Made by a program: the position numbers and the translations under genes. Under the pieces are notes generated by a model. That model did not search any database and had not been told where the DNA came from. It saw nothing but the letters and a program-made list of their open reading frames with translations. A stretch of 18,974 nt of DNA from Elusimicrobiota bacterium (GTDB lineage: Bacteria > Elusimicrobiota > Elusimicrobia > UBA1565), in the NCBI GenBank assembly GCA_043819795.1, contig JBDREN010000161.1, positions 1 to 18,974 on the forward strand, in the 5' to 3' direction. Shown in pieces: positions 7,204 to 15,186 of this stretch; the first letter of the stretch is position 1; each line of letters opens with the position of its first letter.

Positions 7204-8541
7204 ATGGAAGAGCTCTTCCCGGCCGGCCAGGACCCACGACCCGCCGGGGACCCGCGGCCCTCCCCGGGCCGGCAACCCGCTTCGGGCGCCGGTCCCTACC
7301 CCGGCCCGCCCCGCCGAACCCCGCCGCAGCCCGAGCCCTCGGAGCCCGGACTGCTCGCGTGCATGGAGGCCACCCTGTACGCGGTCCTGAAGCCGGCGGA
7401 CGTGTTCGGGAAGTTCGGGAGGCTCCCTCCGCCCGGCTTTCCCGAGATGATCCTCAACATCCTGTTCTGGGCGGGCTTCGGCCAGATACTGGCGGTCCTC
7501 ATCGTTCTCAACCGCCTGTCAACCGGGCCGGGTCTCGGCTTGCCCGCGATCCTGCTGTTCGTGACGGGAGGCGTGATCGCGGCGGTCCCGATCAGCTTCG
7601 CCGCCGCGGGGCTGCTCCACGCGCTCGCGATGGTCTCGGGCGGACAAGGCGGCTTCTCCCGCACCTACCAGATCGTCTCTCTGCTCGGGGCCATGGCCCC
7701 GCTCACGGCGCTGCTGCTGTGGGTCTCGGTCCCGCTGCTGTGGATCGCTCCCACTCTATATGTCACCTATCTGGCGGTCACGGCGGTCGAGAAGATGCAC
7801 GCCGCTCCCGGCACGCAGGCCTTCATGGTCGTCGGACTCCTGGGCGGTCTCGCGGCGGCGGCCCAGGTGGTATTCCATAAGGATGTGGCGCGGTTCCAGT
7901 ACCGGCTGGAGAACACGGCGACGATCTACTCGACCAATCCGGAAAGCGCCGACGAGGTCGCCGGCCAGACGGCGGCCTCGCTCGAGCCGCCCGGCGGCGC
8001 CGTCGCTCCCTACGGGGCCGCGGGAACGGGCTATCGCGAGCCCGGGCGGCTGGACGCCGGGGACGATCCGGGCTACCCGACGCAAGCCGGACACGACCCG
8101 GCTCCGCGCTCCTCGCTCGACCTGCTCCGGTCCGGAGACCACGCGGAGCGCGACCGGAGCGTCTCGTACAGCCAGCCGGCGCGTCAAGGCGTCTCGCCGC
8201 AGCGGGTCCAGCAGATGCAGGACACGACGCTCAACATCGTGCAGATGGTCCAAAGAGAGCTCCACAAGAACCCCAAGGCCCTCTCCGGGCTGCCTCCCGA
8301 GCAGGCCGCCAAAGTGCGCCGGTATCTCCGGCAAGCCGAGCGATACGCCTCCGGCGATGAGACAGGGGAGACCGCCGCGGGGCCCGTGGTCTCGGATCAG
8401 GAGGCCGAGCAGATGATGCGGCAGCTGCAGGGGATGTTCAAGGGCATGTCGGCGGAGTCCGATCCGGACGCGCGGCCGCGCTCCGGCTCGCGCAGCGGCC
8501 GCCGTCAGCGGCGGAAGACCGCGCCGAGCGCGCCTGATTGA
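7204..8541 (+). CDS. Yip1-like multi-pass membrane protein with Pro-rich N-terminus and long soluble C-terminal region
   Basis: VLKPADVF start of the domain, about five TM helices, LLHALAMVSGGQGGFSRTYQIV and AVEKMH patterns typical of bacterial Yip1 domains. Confidence 0.65.
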   Translation: MEELFPAGQDPRPAGDPRPSPGRQPASGAGPYPGPPRRTPPQPEPSEPGLLACMEATLYAVLKPADVFGKFGRLPPPGFPEMILNILFWAGFGQILAVLIVLNRLSTGPGLGLPAILLFVTGGVIAAVPISFAAAGLLHALAMVSGGQGGFSRTYQIVSLLGAMAPLTALLLWVSVPLLWIAPTLYVTYLAVTAVEKMHAAPGTQAFMVVGLLGGLAAAAQVVFHKDVARFQYRLENTATIYSTNPESADEVAGQTAASLEPPGGAVAPYGAAGTGYREPGRLDAGDDPGYPTQAGHDPAPRSSLDLLRSGDHAERDRSVSYSQPARQGVSPQRVQQMQDTTLNIVQMVQRELHKNPKALSGLPPEQAAKVRRYLRQAERYASGDETGETAAGPVVSDQEAEQMMRQLQGMFKGMSAESDPDARPRSGSRSGRRQRRKTAPSAPD

Positions 8542-8566
8542 GCGCCTATCCGCTAAATCCTATAAT
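8538..8566 (+). promoter_or_regulatory. Sigma70-type promoter for the lipA operon
   Basis: TTGAGC (8538-8543), 17-nt spacer, TATAAT (8561-8566). Confidence 0.75.
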
Positions 8567-8578
8567 GCGTCGACTCCC

Positions 8579-9514
8579 ATGGTGAGCGATGCTTCAACAC
8601 CTCCCCCGCGAAGGGAACTTCCTCTGCCCCCCTGGCTGAGGGTCCGGCCTCCCTCGGGCGAAAACTTCGAGCGCGTCAAGAGAAGGGCGGCGGACGGCGT
8701 CCTCCATACCGTCTGCCGGGAGGCCCGGTGCCCCAACGTAGCCGATTGCTGGGCCGCGGGCACCGCCACGTTCATGGTCCTCGGCGACACCTGCACGCGC
8801 GGCTGCCGGTTCTGCTCGGTGGAGTCGGCGCGCCTGCCGCCCCCGCCGGACCCGCGCGAGCCACGACGGCTGGCCGAGACGCTCGGGACGATGCGCCTGA
8901 CACACGCCGTCGTCACGACCGTCTGCCGCGACGACCTGCCGGATCAGGGGGCCGGCCACATCGCCGCCTGCGTCCGCGCGATCCGCGACCGAGCCCCGAA
9001 GCTGCGCCTGGAGGTCCTGATCCAGGACTTTCGGGGCGACCCGGCGCCGCTGAAGACCGTGGTCGCCGCGGCGCCCGACATCCTCGCCCACAACCTGGAG
9101 ACCGTCGAACGGCTGACCCGCTTGGTCCGGGACGCCAGGGCCGGATACCGGCAGTCTTTGGAGGCGCTTCGCTCGATCCGCCGGATGGACCCTCGGATCC
9201 CGACAAAGTCCTCGCTCCTGCTGGGGCTCGGGGAGACCGTCGAGGAGATCGCCCAAGCCATGCGGGACCTGCGCGAGGCGGGCGTCGAGTTCCTGACGCT
9301 CGGCCAGTATCTGCGCCCGACGGCCGCGCCGCGTCACCTGCCGGTCGCGCAATACGTACGCCCGGAGCGTTTCGAGGAGCTGGGAGGGCGCGCCCGCGCG
9401 ATGGGCTTTTGCCACGTGGTCTCCGGCCCCCTCGTACGCAGCTCCTACCGCGCCGGCGATCTCCCGCTCGGACGGCATCGCGCGGGAAACGCGAGCGGAG
9501 GGGGGAACGTCTAG
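8579..9514 (+). CDS. lipA: Lipoyl synthase (radical SAM)
   Basis: CX4CX5C (CREARCPNVADC), CX3CX2C (CTRGCRFC), HNLETV, LGQYLRP, GPLVRSSYRA. Confidence 0.96.
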   Translation: MVSDASTPPPRRELPLPPWLRVRPPSGENFERVKRRAADGVLHTVCREARCPNVADCWAAGTATFMVLGDTCTRGCRFCSVESARLPPPPDPREPRRLAETLGTMRLTHAVVTTVCRDDLPDQGAGHIAACVRAIRDRAPKLRLEVLIQDFRGDPAPLKTVVAAAPDILAHNLETVERLTRLVRDARAGYRQSLEALRSIRRMDPRIPTKSSLLLGLGETVEEIAQAMRDLREAGVEFLTLGQYLRPTAAPRHLPVAQYVRPERFEELGGRARAMGFCHVVSGPLVRSSYRAGDLPLGRHRAGNASGGGNV

Positions 9515-9515
9515 C

Positions 9516-10253
9516 ATGCGGCTGGAGGGCAAGACCGCGCTCGTCACCGGCGCAGCGCGCCGCGTGGGCCGCGTCATCGCCCAGGCCCTCGCCCGGCGCG
9601 GGGCGGCCATCGCCATCCACTACAATCGTTCCCGCAAGGACGCCCGGGCCCTCGCGGACCGGATCCGGCGCACGTCCGGCGTCGAAACGGCTTTATTCAA
9701 GGCGGACCTGTCCAGTCCGGCACAGGTCCGGACCCTGGCGAGGTCGGCCCTGCGCAGGTTCGGGACCGTCCACGTCCTCGTCAACAACGCCGCGATCTGG
9801 GAAAGGACGCCCTTCGGCCGCGTGACGCCCGCCGACTGGGACGCCCACCTGGACATCAACCTGAGGGCCCCTTTCCTGCTGGCCCAAGCCCTGGGCCCCG
9901 CCATGCGCAAGGCGGGATACGGGAAGATCGTCAACATCGCCGATTGGGCGGGGCAGCGGCCCTACCCGGACTACATCCCCTACTGCGTCTCGAAGGGGGC
10001 GCTGCTGGCGCTCAACGCGGCCCTGGCGAAAGCCCTGGCCCCGGAGGTGCAGGTCAACGCGGTCCTGCCGGGACCGGTACTGCCGCCCGAGGGCGCCGGG
10101 GCGGGATTCCGCAAGGCGGCGGCGCGCGCGACGCTGGTCCGGCGTCTCGGGAGCCCCGAGGATATCGCGCGGGCCGCGCTCTTCCTGATCGAAGGCACGG
10201 ATTTCGCGACCGGGGCCGCCCTCCCGGTCGACGGGGGGAGGTCGCTGGCCTGA
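9516..10253 (+). CDS. SDR oxidoreductase, pteridine reductase (FolM/PTR1-like) type
   Basis: TGAARRVG cofactor loop, IHYNRS, LVNNA, IVNIAD, YCVSK catalytic motif, VDGGRSL end. Confidence 0.82.
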   Translation: MRLEGKTALVTGAARRVGRVIAQALARRGAAIAIHYNRSRKDARALADRIRRTSGVETALFKADLSSPAQVRTLARSALRRFGTVHVLVNNAAIWERTPFGRVTPADWDAHLDINLRAPFLLAQALGPAMRKAGYGKIVNIADWAGQRPYPDYIPYCVSKGALLALNAALAKALAPEVQVNAVLPGPVLPPEGAGAGFRKAAARATLVRRLGSPEDIARAALFLIEGTDFATGAALPVDGGRSLA

Positions 10254-10254
10254 T

Positions 10255-10665
10255 ATGTACTCGGTCGCGAAGACGATCCATTTCTGCTACGGCCACCGGC
10301 TGCTCGACTACGCGGGGCAATGCCGCCACCTGCACGGCCACAACGGGCTCGTCGAGATAGCCGTCGAGAAGGCGGAGCTCGACCGTCTCGGCATGGTCAT
10401 GGATTTCGACGCGATCCGGACGGCTGCCAAGCGGTGGATCGACGAGGAGCTCGACCACAAGATGATCCTCAACGAGGCCGACCCCCTGGTCCCGGTGCTG
10501 CGGGAGCACGGCCAGGTCGTGGTGACGCTGAAGGGGAATCCGACGGCCGAGGCCATCGCGCGCCATGTCTTCGACCACTGCCGGGCGGAGGGCCTGCCCG
10601 TGGCCTCGGTGCGCATCTGGGAGACGCCCACCTCGAGCGCGCTGTACCGTCCCGGCCCAAGCTGA
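10255..10665 (+). CDS. queD: 6-carboxytetrahydropterin synthase / 6-pyruvoyl-tetrahydropterin synthase family
   Basis: FCYGHRL, CRHLHGHN (CX3HGH), GMVMDF, LDHKMILN, NPTAEAIA, VRIWETP. Confidence 0.88.
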   Translation: MYSVAKTIHFCYGHRLLDYAGQCRHLHGHNGLVEIAVEKAELDRLGMVMDFDAIRTAAKRWIDEELDHKMILNEADPLVPVLREHGQVVVTLKGNPTAEAIARHVFDHCRAEGLPVASVRIWETPTSSALYRPGPS

Positions 10666-10677
10666 TCGGGCCCCGGG

Positions 10678-11949
10678 TTACAGAGCGTTGCGCCTCGCCA
10701 CCTGGGCGTAGTAGCGCCCGCCGAGAGCCAGCATCCTCCGGAAGTCCTTCTTGCGGTTGACCCGGAACAAGCCGAACTTCGGTTTGAAGCTCCCCCATTC
10801 GTAATTGTCGAGGAGGCTCCAGTGGAGGTAGCCCTCGACCTTCGCGCCCGTCTGGATGGCCGCGAGCAGCGAGCGAAGATGCTCCCTCAGGAAGTCCTCG
10901 CGCCGCTCGCCCGACGCGTTGGCGATGCCGTTCTCGGTCACGAGGATCGGAAGGCGGTAAGCCTCCCAAAGGCGGCCCACGACGCGGCCCAGGCCTTCGG
11001 GGACGATCTCCCAGCCCATGTCCGTGCGGGGCCGGTCGCCCCGGCGGCCGCCGAGCCATCGGAACAGACGCGGGCCGAGCGTTTCCTCAAGCTCGGCGTA
11101 GGCGGGAAGCGCGCCCCAGGGCATCCCCGGGACTCGAGAGGCGCGCACGTAGATCCGGGTGTAGTAATTGAGTCCCAAGAAATCGAGCGCCCCGGACCCG
11201 TGCGCCATGTCGAGGAACTTGCCGTGCATGAAGCGGTCCCAAGCGCCCATGGCCTCGAGGTCCGCGGCGCCCGGGCGGGCGGGCTCCAGGTCGGTGACGT
11301 TCTGGACGACGGCGACGCGCGCTCCGTCCACGTCGCGGTGGATGATGCGGTAAGCCTCGTTATGGGCGCGCAGGACGTTGCCCAGCAGCCCGTCGCGGTA
11401 GAAGGTCCGCTCCAGGCTAAGGATCCGCCGCATCCCGGGCGGGAACCTGCCCATCCCGTAGCCGTAGAGCAGCCAGACCATGGGCTCGTTGAACGTGATC
11501 CAGTCCCGCACCTCCGTGCGCAAGGCGAGTACGACCCGGTTGGTGAAGCGTATGAACTCGTCCGCGGCCCCGGACGACAGCCAGCCCTTGGGATAGCGCT
11601 CGAAGAGCCAGACGGGCTCCGAGAAATGGTGGAGGCAGACGATGGGCCGGATGCCGGCGCGATTGAGCGCGCGCGCCATCTCGAGGTAGCGCTCGAGCGC
11701 CGCCTCGTCGAAGTCGCCGGGGTAGGGCTCGACGCGCGACCACTCGACCGAAAAACGGTATGCGCGGAGGTTCAACTGCTGGAGGCAGCGCAGGTCGTCG
11801 CGCCACATCTCCCATGAGTTGACGGCGGGCCCGCACGGCTCCCATCCGTGCCTGCGCTCCCAGTCCCAGAAAGCCGATCGCCGGTTGCCGCCCTCGACCT
11901 GATAGGCCGCGGTCGACGCGCCCCATAGAAAACCCGCGGGAAAGCTCAT
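10678..11949 (-). CDS. Glycoside hydrolase family 1 (beta-glucosidase-like)
   Basis: FPAGFLWGASTAAYQVEG, YRFSVEWSRVEP, acid/base TFNEP, LGLNYY, nucleophile VTENG, WSLLDNYEW; SD GAGGAG upstream. Confidence 0.95.
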   Translation of the reverse strand: MSFPAGFLWGASTAAYQVEGGNRRSAFWDWERRHGWEPCGPAVNSWEMWRDDLRCLQQLNLRAYRFSVEWSRVEPYPGDFDEAALERYLEMARALNRAGIRPIVCLHHFSEPVWLFERYPKGWLSSGAADEFIRFTNRVVLALRTEVRDWITFNEPMVWLLYGYGMGRFPPGMRRILSLERTFYRDGLLGNVLRAHNEAYRIIHRDVDGARVAVVQNVTDLEPARPGAADLEAMGAWDRFMHGKFLDMAHGSGALDFLGLNYYTRIYVRASRVPGMPWGALPAYAELEETLGPRLFRWLGGRRGDRPRTDMGWEIVPEGLGRVVGRLWEAYRLPILVTENGIANASGERREDFLREHLRSLLAAIQTGAKVEGYLHWSLLDNYEWGSFKPKFGLFRVNRKKDFRRMLALGGRYYAQVARRNAL

Positions 11950-11999
11950 CTACCGGCTCCTCGTCGACTCCGCTCCTTTACGCCGCCCACCCTACGCAG

Positions 12000-12028
12000 A
12001 CTATAGCAGCCCGCCGCCCTCCGTTCAA
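12000..12028 (-). promoter_or_regulatory. Sigma70-type promoter for the GH1 gene
   Basis: On the - strand TTGAAC (12028-12023), 17-nt spacer ending TGC, TATAGT (12005-12000). Confidence 0.7.
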
Positions 12029-12156
12029 TGGCGGACCGGCTTGCGCAGCGCTGACATTCTTCCATCGCCGCCGCCAATCGCGCCAAGGTCATATCGCCGG
12101 CGATCGGCGGCGAATGCGGGCGACATCGCGCCCACGCCTCCGGTCCCTGGCAGTTC

Positions 12157-12185
12157 TTGAGGGCCCGGGAGAAAATACCTATAAT
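12157..12185 (+). promoter_or_regulatory. Sigma70-type promoter for trxB
   Basis: TTGAGG (12157-12162), 17-nt spacer, TATAAT (12180-12185); 8 nt to ATG 12194. Confidence 0.75.
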
Positions 12186-12193
12186 TAAGCGCC

Positions 12194-13126
12194 ATGGAAG
12201 AGAACAGGAAGGTCGTCATCATCGGCTCCGGCTCGGCGGGCTACACGGCCGCCATCTACGCGGCCCGCGCGGGCCTCGATCCCCTCGTTTTGGGCGGCAT
12301 CATGACGGGCGGACAGCTCATGATCACGACCGACGTCGAGAACTTCCCGGGCTTCCCGGAGCCGGTGCTCGGCCCCGAGCTCATGGAGCGCATGAAGAAG
12401 CAGGTCGAGCGCCTGGGCGTAAAGATCGTCCCGGAGAACGTGGCCAAGGTTGATTTCTCGTCGCGCCCCTTCGCGCTCGAGACCACCGAGGGCAAGAAGG
12501 CCCGGGCGGAGGCGGTCGTGATCGCCACCGGGGCCGAGGCCAGGTGGCTCGGGCTCGCGTCGGAGACGCGCCTGAGGGGGAAGGGCGTCTCGGCCTGCGC
12601 GACCTGCGACGGCTTCTTCTTCAAGGGCAAGGACGTGGTCCTGGTCGGGGGCGGCGACGCCGCCCTGGAGGAGGCGACCTTCCTCACGAAGTTCGCCGCC
12701 AAGGTGAGCGTGGTCCACCGCCGCGACAAGCTGCGCGCCTCCAAGGCCATGCAGGACCGGGCCTTCAACAACCCGAAGATCGGTTTCGTCTGGGACAGCC
12801 TGGTGGAGGAGGTCCTCGGAGAGGAGAAGGTCTCCGGCGTCCGGATCAAGAACGTCAAGACGGGAGAGACGAGCGAGCTGGCCTGCGGCGGCCTGTTCGT
12901 CGCCATCGGACACCAGCCCAACACCGACGTCTTCCGAGGACAGATCGAGCTCGACAAGGCGGGCTACATCGTGACCGACGGCCGCGCCCGGACCAGCGTC
13001 CCCGGCGTGTTCGCCGCGGGCGACGCGATGGATTCCCGCTACCGCCAGGCCGTGGTGGCGGCCGGGGTGGGCTGCATGGCCGCGCTGGAAGCCGAGCGCT
13101 TCCTCGGAGAAAAGCCGGGCGCGTAG
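12194..13126 (+). CDS. trxB: Thioredoxin-disulfide reductase
   Basis: IIGSGSAGYTAAIY, GGQL..TTDVENFPG, redox CATCDG, GGGDAALEEA, HRRD, GVFAAGD, YRQAV. Confidence 0.97.
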   Translation: MEENRKVVIIGSGSAGYTAAIYAARAGLDPLVLGGIMTGGQLMITTDVENFPGFPEPVLGPELMERMKKQVERLGVKIVPENVAKVDFSSRPFALETTEGKKARAEAVVIATGAEARWLGLASETRLRGKGVSACATCDGFFFKGKDVVLVGGGDAALEEATFLTKFAAKVSVVHRRDKLRASKAMQDRAFNNPKIGFVWDSLVEEVLGEEKVSGVRIKNVKTGETSELACGGLFVAIGHQPNTDVFRGQIELDKAGYIVTDGRARTSVPGVFAAGDAMDSRYRQAVVAAGVGCMAALEAERFLGEKPGA

Positions 13127-13150
13127 CGTCCGGCGGCCGACGGATATCCG

Positions 13151-13191
13151 AAAAAGCGCGCGGCGAGAGCTCCCCGGGGAGCTCTCGCCGC
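13151..13191 (-). terminator. Palindromic terminator between convergent trxB and the FGGY kinase gene
   Basis: Perfect 32-bp palindrome GCGGCGAGAGCTCCCC|GGGGAGCTCTCGCCGC (13160-13191) with AAAAA at 13151-13155 (U tract on the - strand). Confidence 0.7.
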
Positions 13192-13199
13192 ATGTATCA

Positions 13200-14702
13200 C
13201 TACTCCAGGACTCCCAGTTCGCGCAGCTCGGCGGCCAGCCTTTGCTGGGCCTCCACGAACCGCCGCCATCCCTCCAGAAGCCTCCGCGCGGCCCTGCCTT
13301 CGAGGGAGGGGGAGAATACCCTGTCCCGCACACCTCCGCGAAGGGAGGCCGCCCAGGGGGCCCCGGCCTGCTCGGCAGCCAGCGAGGCCACGCCCAAGGC
13401 CGTGGCCTCGCGCTCCTTGAAGCGGATGATGCGCCGCTGCAGGATGTCCGCCTGGAACTGCAGGAGGGCGTCGACGCCCGCCAGGCCGCCCGAGGCCCGA
13501 AAGTCGCGGATCTCGAGCCCCGCGTCCAGCATCGGGGTCACCACGTCGGCCACCAGGAAAGCGATGGATTCCATCACCCCGCGGACCACGTCCTCGGACC
13601 GGGTCTGGGGGCCGAGCCCCATGAAGACGGTCGGCGTCCGGTAGTCCCAGCGCGGGGCGCCCAGGCCGCCGAGCGCCTGCAGGGCGAGCACGCGCTGCCG
13701 CGACCTGCGGCAGGCGGCGTTCACCGAACGGACGCTCCGGAGTATGCCGAAGTTGCGCCGGAGCCACTCGAAGGAGGTCCCGGCCGCGTGCACGGAGCCC
13801 TCCAGGAAATACCGGCAGGGCCGATCCTCCATCTGCCAGGCGACCGACGTGAGCAGCCCGGGCAGGCGATGGAGCTCCTCGCCCGTGTGCAGAAGGAAGA
13901 AAGCGCCGGTCCCGTAGTTCAGCACGCCCACGCCGGGCTCGCTGCCCCCCTGCCCGAGCGCGGCGGACTGCTGGTCGCCCATCACGGCCAGCACCGGCAT
14001 CCTCCGGCCCTTGCGCGCGATCACGCCCCATTCCCCGGCCGTGGGCACGATCTCCGGAAGGGTTGCGCGGGGGATGCGGAACAAAGACAGCAGTCCGGCG
14101 TCCCAGCAGCCTCGGCGCAGGTTGTAGAGCAGCATACGCTGGCCCATGGACGGGTCGGTCCGGAACACCTCGCCCCTAGTCAGCCGCCAGAGCGCGTATG
14201 ACGAGACCGGGCCGATGGCCAGCCGCCCCTTGTCGGCCATGAGGCGCGCCTTCGGCGTCTGGTCGAGGAGGAAGCGGATCTTGGGCGCCGAGTAGAAGGG
14301 GGTCAGGTGGAGGCCGGTCTTCTCGCGGACCTCGGCCTGGCGCCGCGGGTCCTGCTGGAGCGGGGCCACCAGCCCCGCGGCACGCGCGTCCTGCCAGGAA
14401 GGGGCCCGGCAGACCGGCCGCCCGGTCTCGGTGTCCCAGAGCACGACCGTGGAGCGCTGGGCGGCGATCCCGACGCCGACGACCCGGGCCTTGCGCGGAA
14501 GCCGGCCCAGCACCGTGTCCAGCGCCCGCTCGAGGGTCCCCGCCAGCTCCGTCGCGTCGTGCTCGTACCAGCCCGGGCGGGGGAGAAATGTGGCGACCGG
14601 GAACTGAGCCCGCGCCACCACCCGGCCCTTCGGGTCGAACGCGAGCGCCCGGGAGCTGGAACTCCCCTGGTCGAGCGCGATCACGATCTCGGTCGCCTTC
14701 AT
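13200..14702 (-). CDS. glpK: FGGY-family carbohydrate kinase, glycerol kinase-like
   Basis: ALDQGSSSSR, GWYEHD, QRSTVVLWD, WQDAR, GDQQSA, YGTGAF, LEGSV, GLGAPRW, ESIAF, EATALG. Family secure, substrate less so. Confidence 0.75.
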   Translation of the reverse strand: MKATEIVIALDQGSSSSRALAFDPKGRVVARAQFPVATFLPRPGWYEHDATELAGTLERALDTVLGRLPRKARVVGVGIAAQRSTVVLWDTETGRPVCRAPSWQDARAAGLVAPLQQDPRRQAEVREKTGLHLTPFYSAPKIRFLLDQTPKARLMADKGRLAIGPVSSYALWRLTRGEVFRTDPSMGQRMLLYNLRRGCWDAGLLSLFRIPRATLPEIVPTAGEWGVIARKGRRMPVLAVMGDQQSAALGQGGSEPGVGVLNYGTGAFFLLHTGEELHRLPGLLTSVAWQMEDRPCRYFLEGSVHAAGTSFEWLRRNFGILRSVRSVNAACRRSRQRVLALQALGGLGAPRWDYRTPTVFMGLGPQTRSEDVVRGVMESIAFLVADVVTPMLDAGLEIRDFRASGGLAGVDALLQFQADILQRRIIRFKEREATALGVASLAAEQAGAPWAASLRGGVRDRVFSPSLEGRAARRLLEGWRRFVEAQQRLAAELRELGVLE

Positions 14703-14727
14703 GCGCGTCCCGGCCCCCTCCCAGAAA

Positions 14728-14769
14728 GGGCTTTTCCGGAAATCTCGCCAGAGATTTCCGGAAAAGCCC
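14728..14769. repeat. Perfect 19-bp inverted repeat between yjbQ and glpK
   Basis: GGGCTTTTCCGGAAATCTC-GCCA-GAGATTTCCGGAAAAGCCC; followed on the - strand by TTTCT. Confidence 0.85.
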
Positions 14770-14775
14770 AGGTTT

Positions 14776-15186
14776 CTATTCGCCGATGATCTTGACGACG
14801 ACCCGCTTCTTGCGCTGCCCGTCGAACTCGGCGTAGAAGATCTGCTCCCAGGGACCGAGGTCCGGCCTGCCCTTCGTCACCGGCAGCATCGCCTGGTTGC
14901 CGACCAGCGTGCGCTTGAGGTGCGCGTCCCCGTTATCCTCGCCGGTCCGGTGGTGCCGGTAATCGGCGAACGGCGCCAGGCGCTCCGCCCAGTCAAGAAA
15001 ATCCTGCTTGATGCCGCTCTCCTCGTCGTTGACCCAGATGCCGGCCGTGATGTGCATCGCCCTGACGAGGCAGAAGCCCTCCTGGACGCCGCTCTTGGCC
15101 ACGAAGCCCTCGATCGTGCGGGTGATGTTGACGAGCTCCTTGCGGCGCTTCGTCTCGAACCAGAGGTACTCGGTCAGTGATTTCAT
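14776..15186 (-). CDS. yjbQ: YjbQ/UPF0047 family protein
   Basis: HITAGIWVNDEE, YRHH..GEDNGDAHLK, LGPWEQIFYAEFDGQRKKRV; ATGA overlap with the upstream gene. Confidence 0.9.
   Translation of the reverse strand: MKSLTEYLWFETKRRKELVNITRTIEGFVAKSGVQEGFCLVRAMHITAGIWVNDEESGIKQDFLDWAERLAPFADYRHHRTGEDNGDAHLKRTLVGNQAMLPVTKGRPDLGPWEQIFYAEFDGQRKKRVVVKIIGE

Noticed and set aside
7050..7205. N-terminal extension of the HEAT protein to ATG 7205
   Set aside because: It overlaps the divergent promoter and the start of the Yip1-like gene and reads as non-coding.
10666..10677. Antisense regulation between convergent queD and GH1 (12-bp gap, no clear terminator)
   Set aside because: Tight convergent ends are common and factor-dependent termination would explain it.
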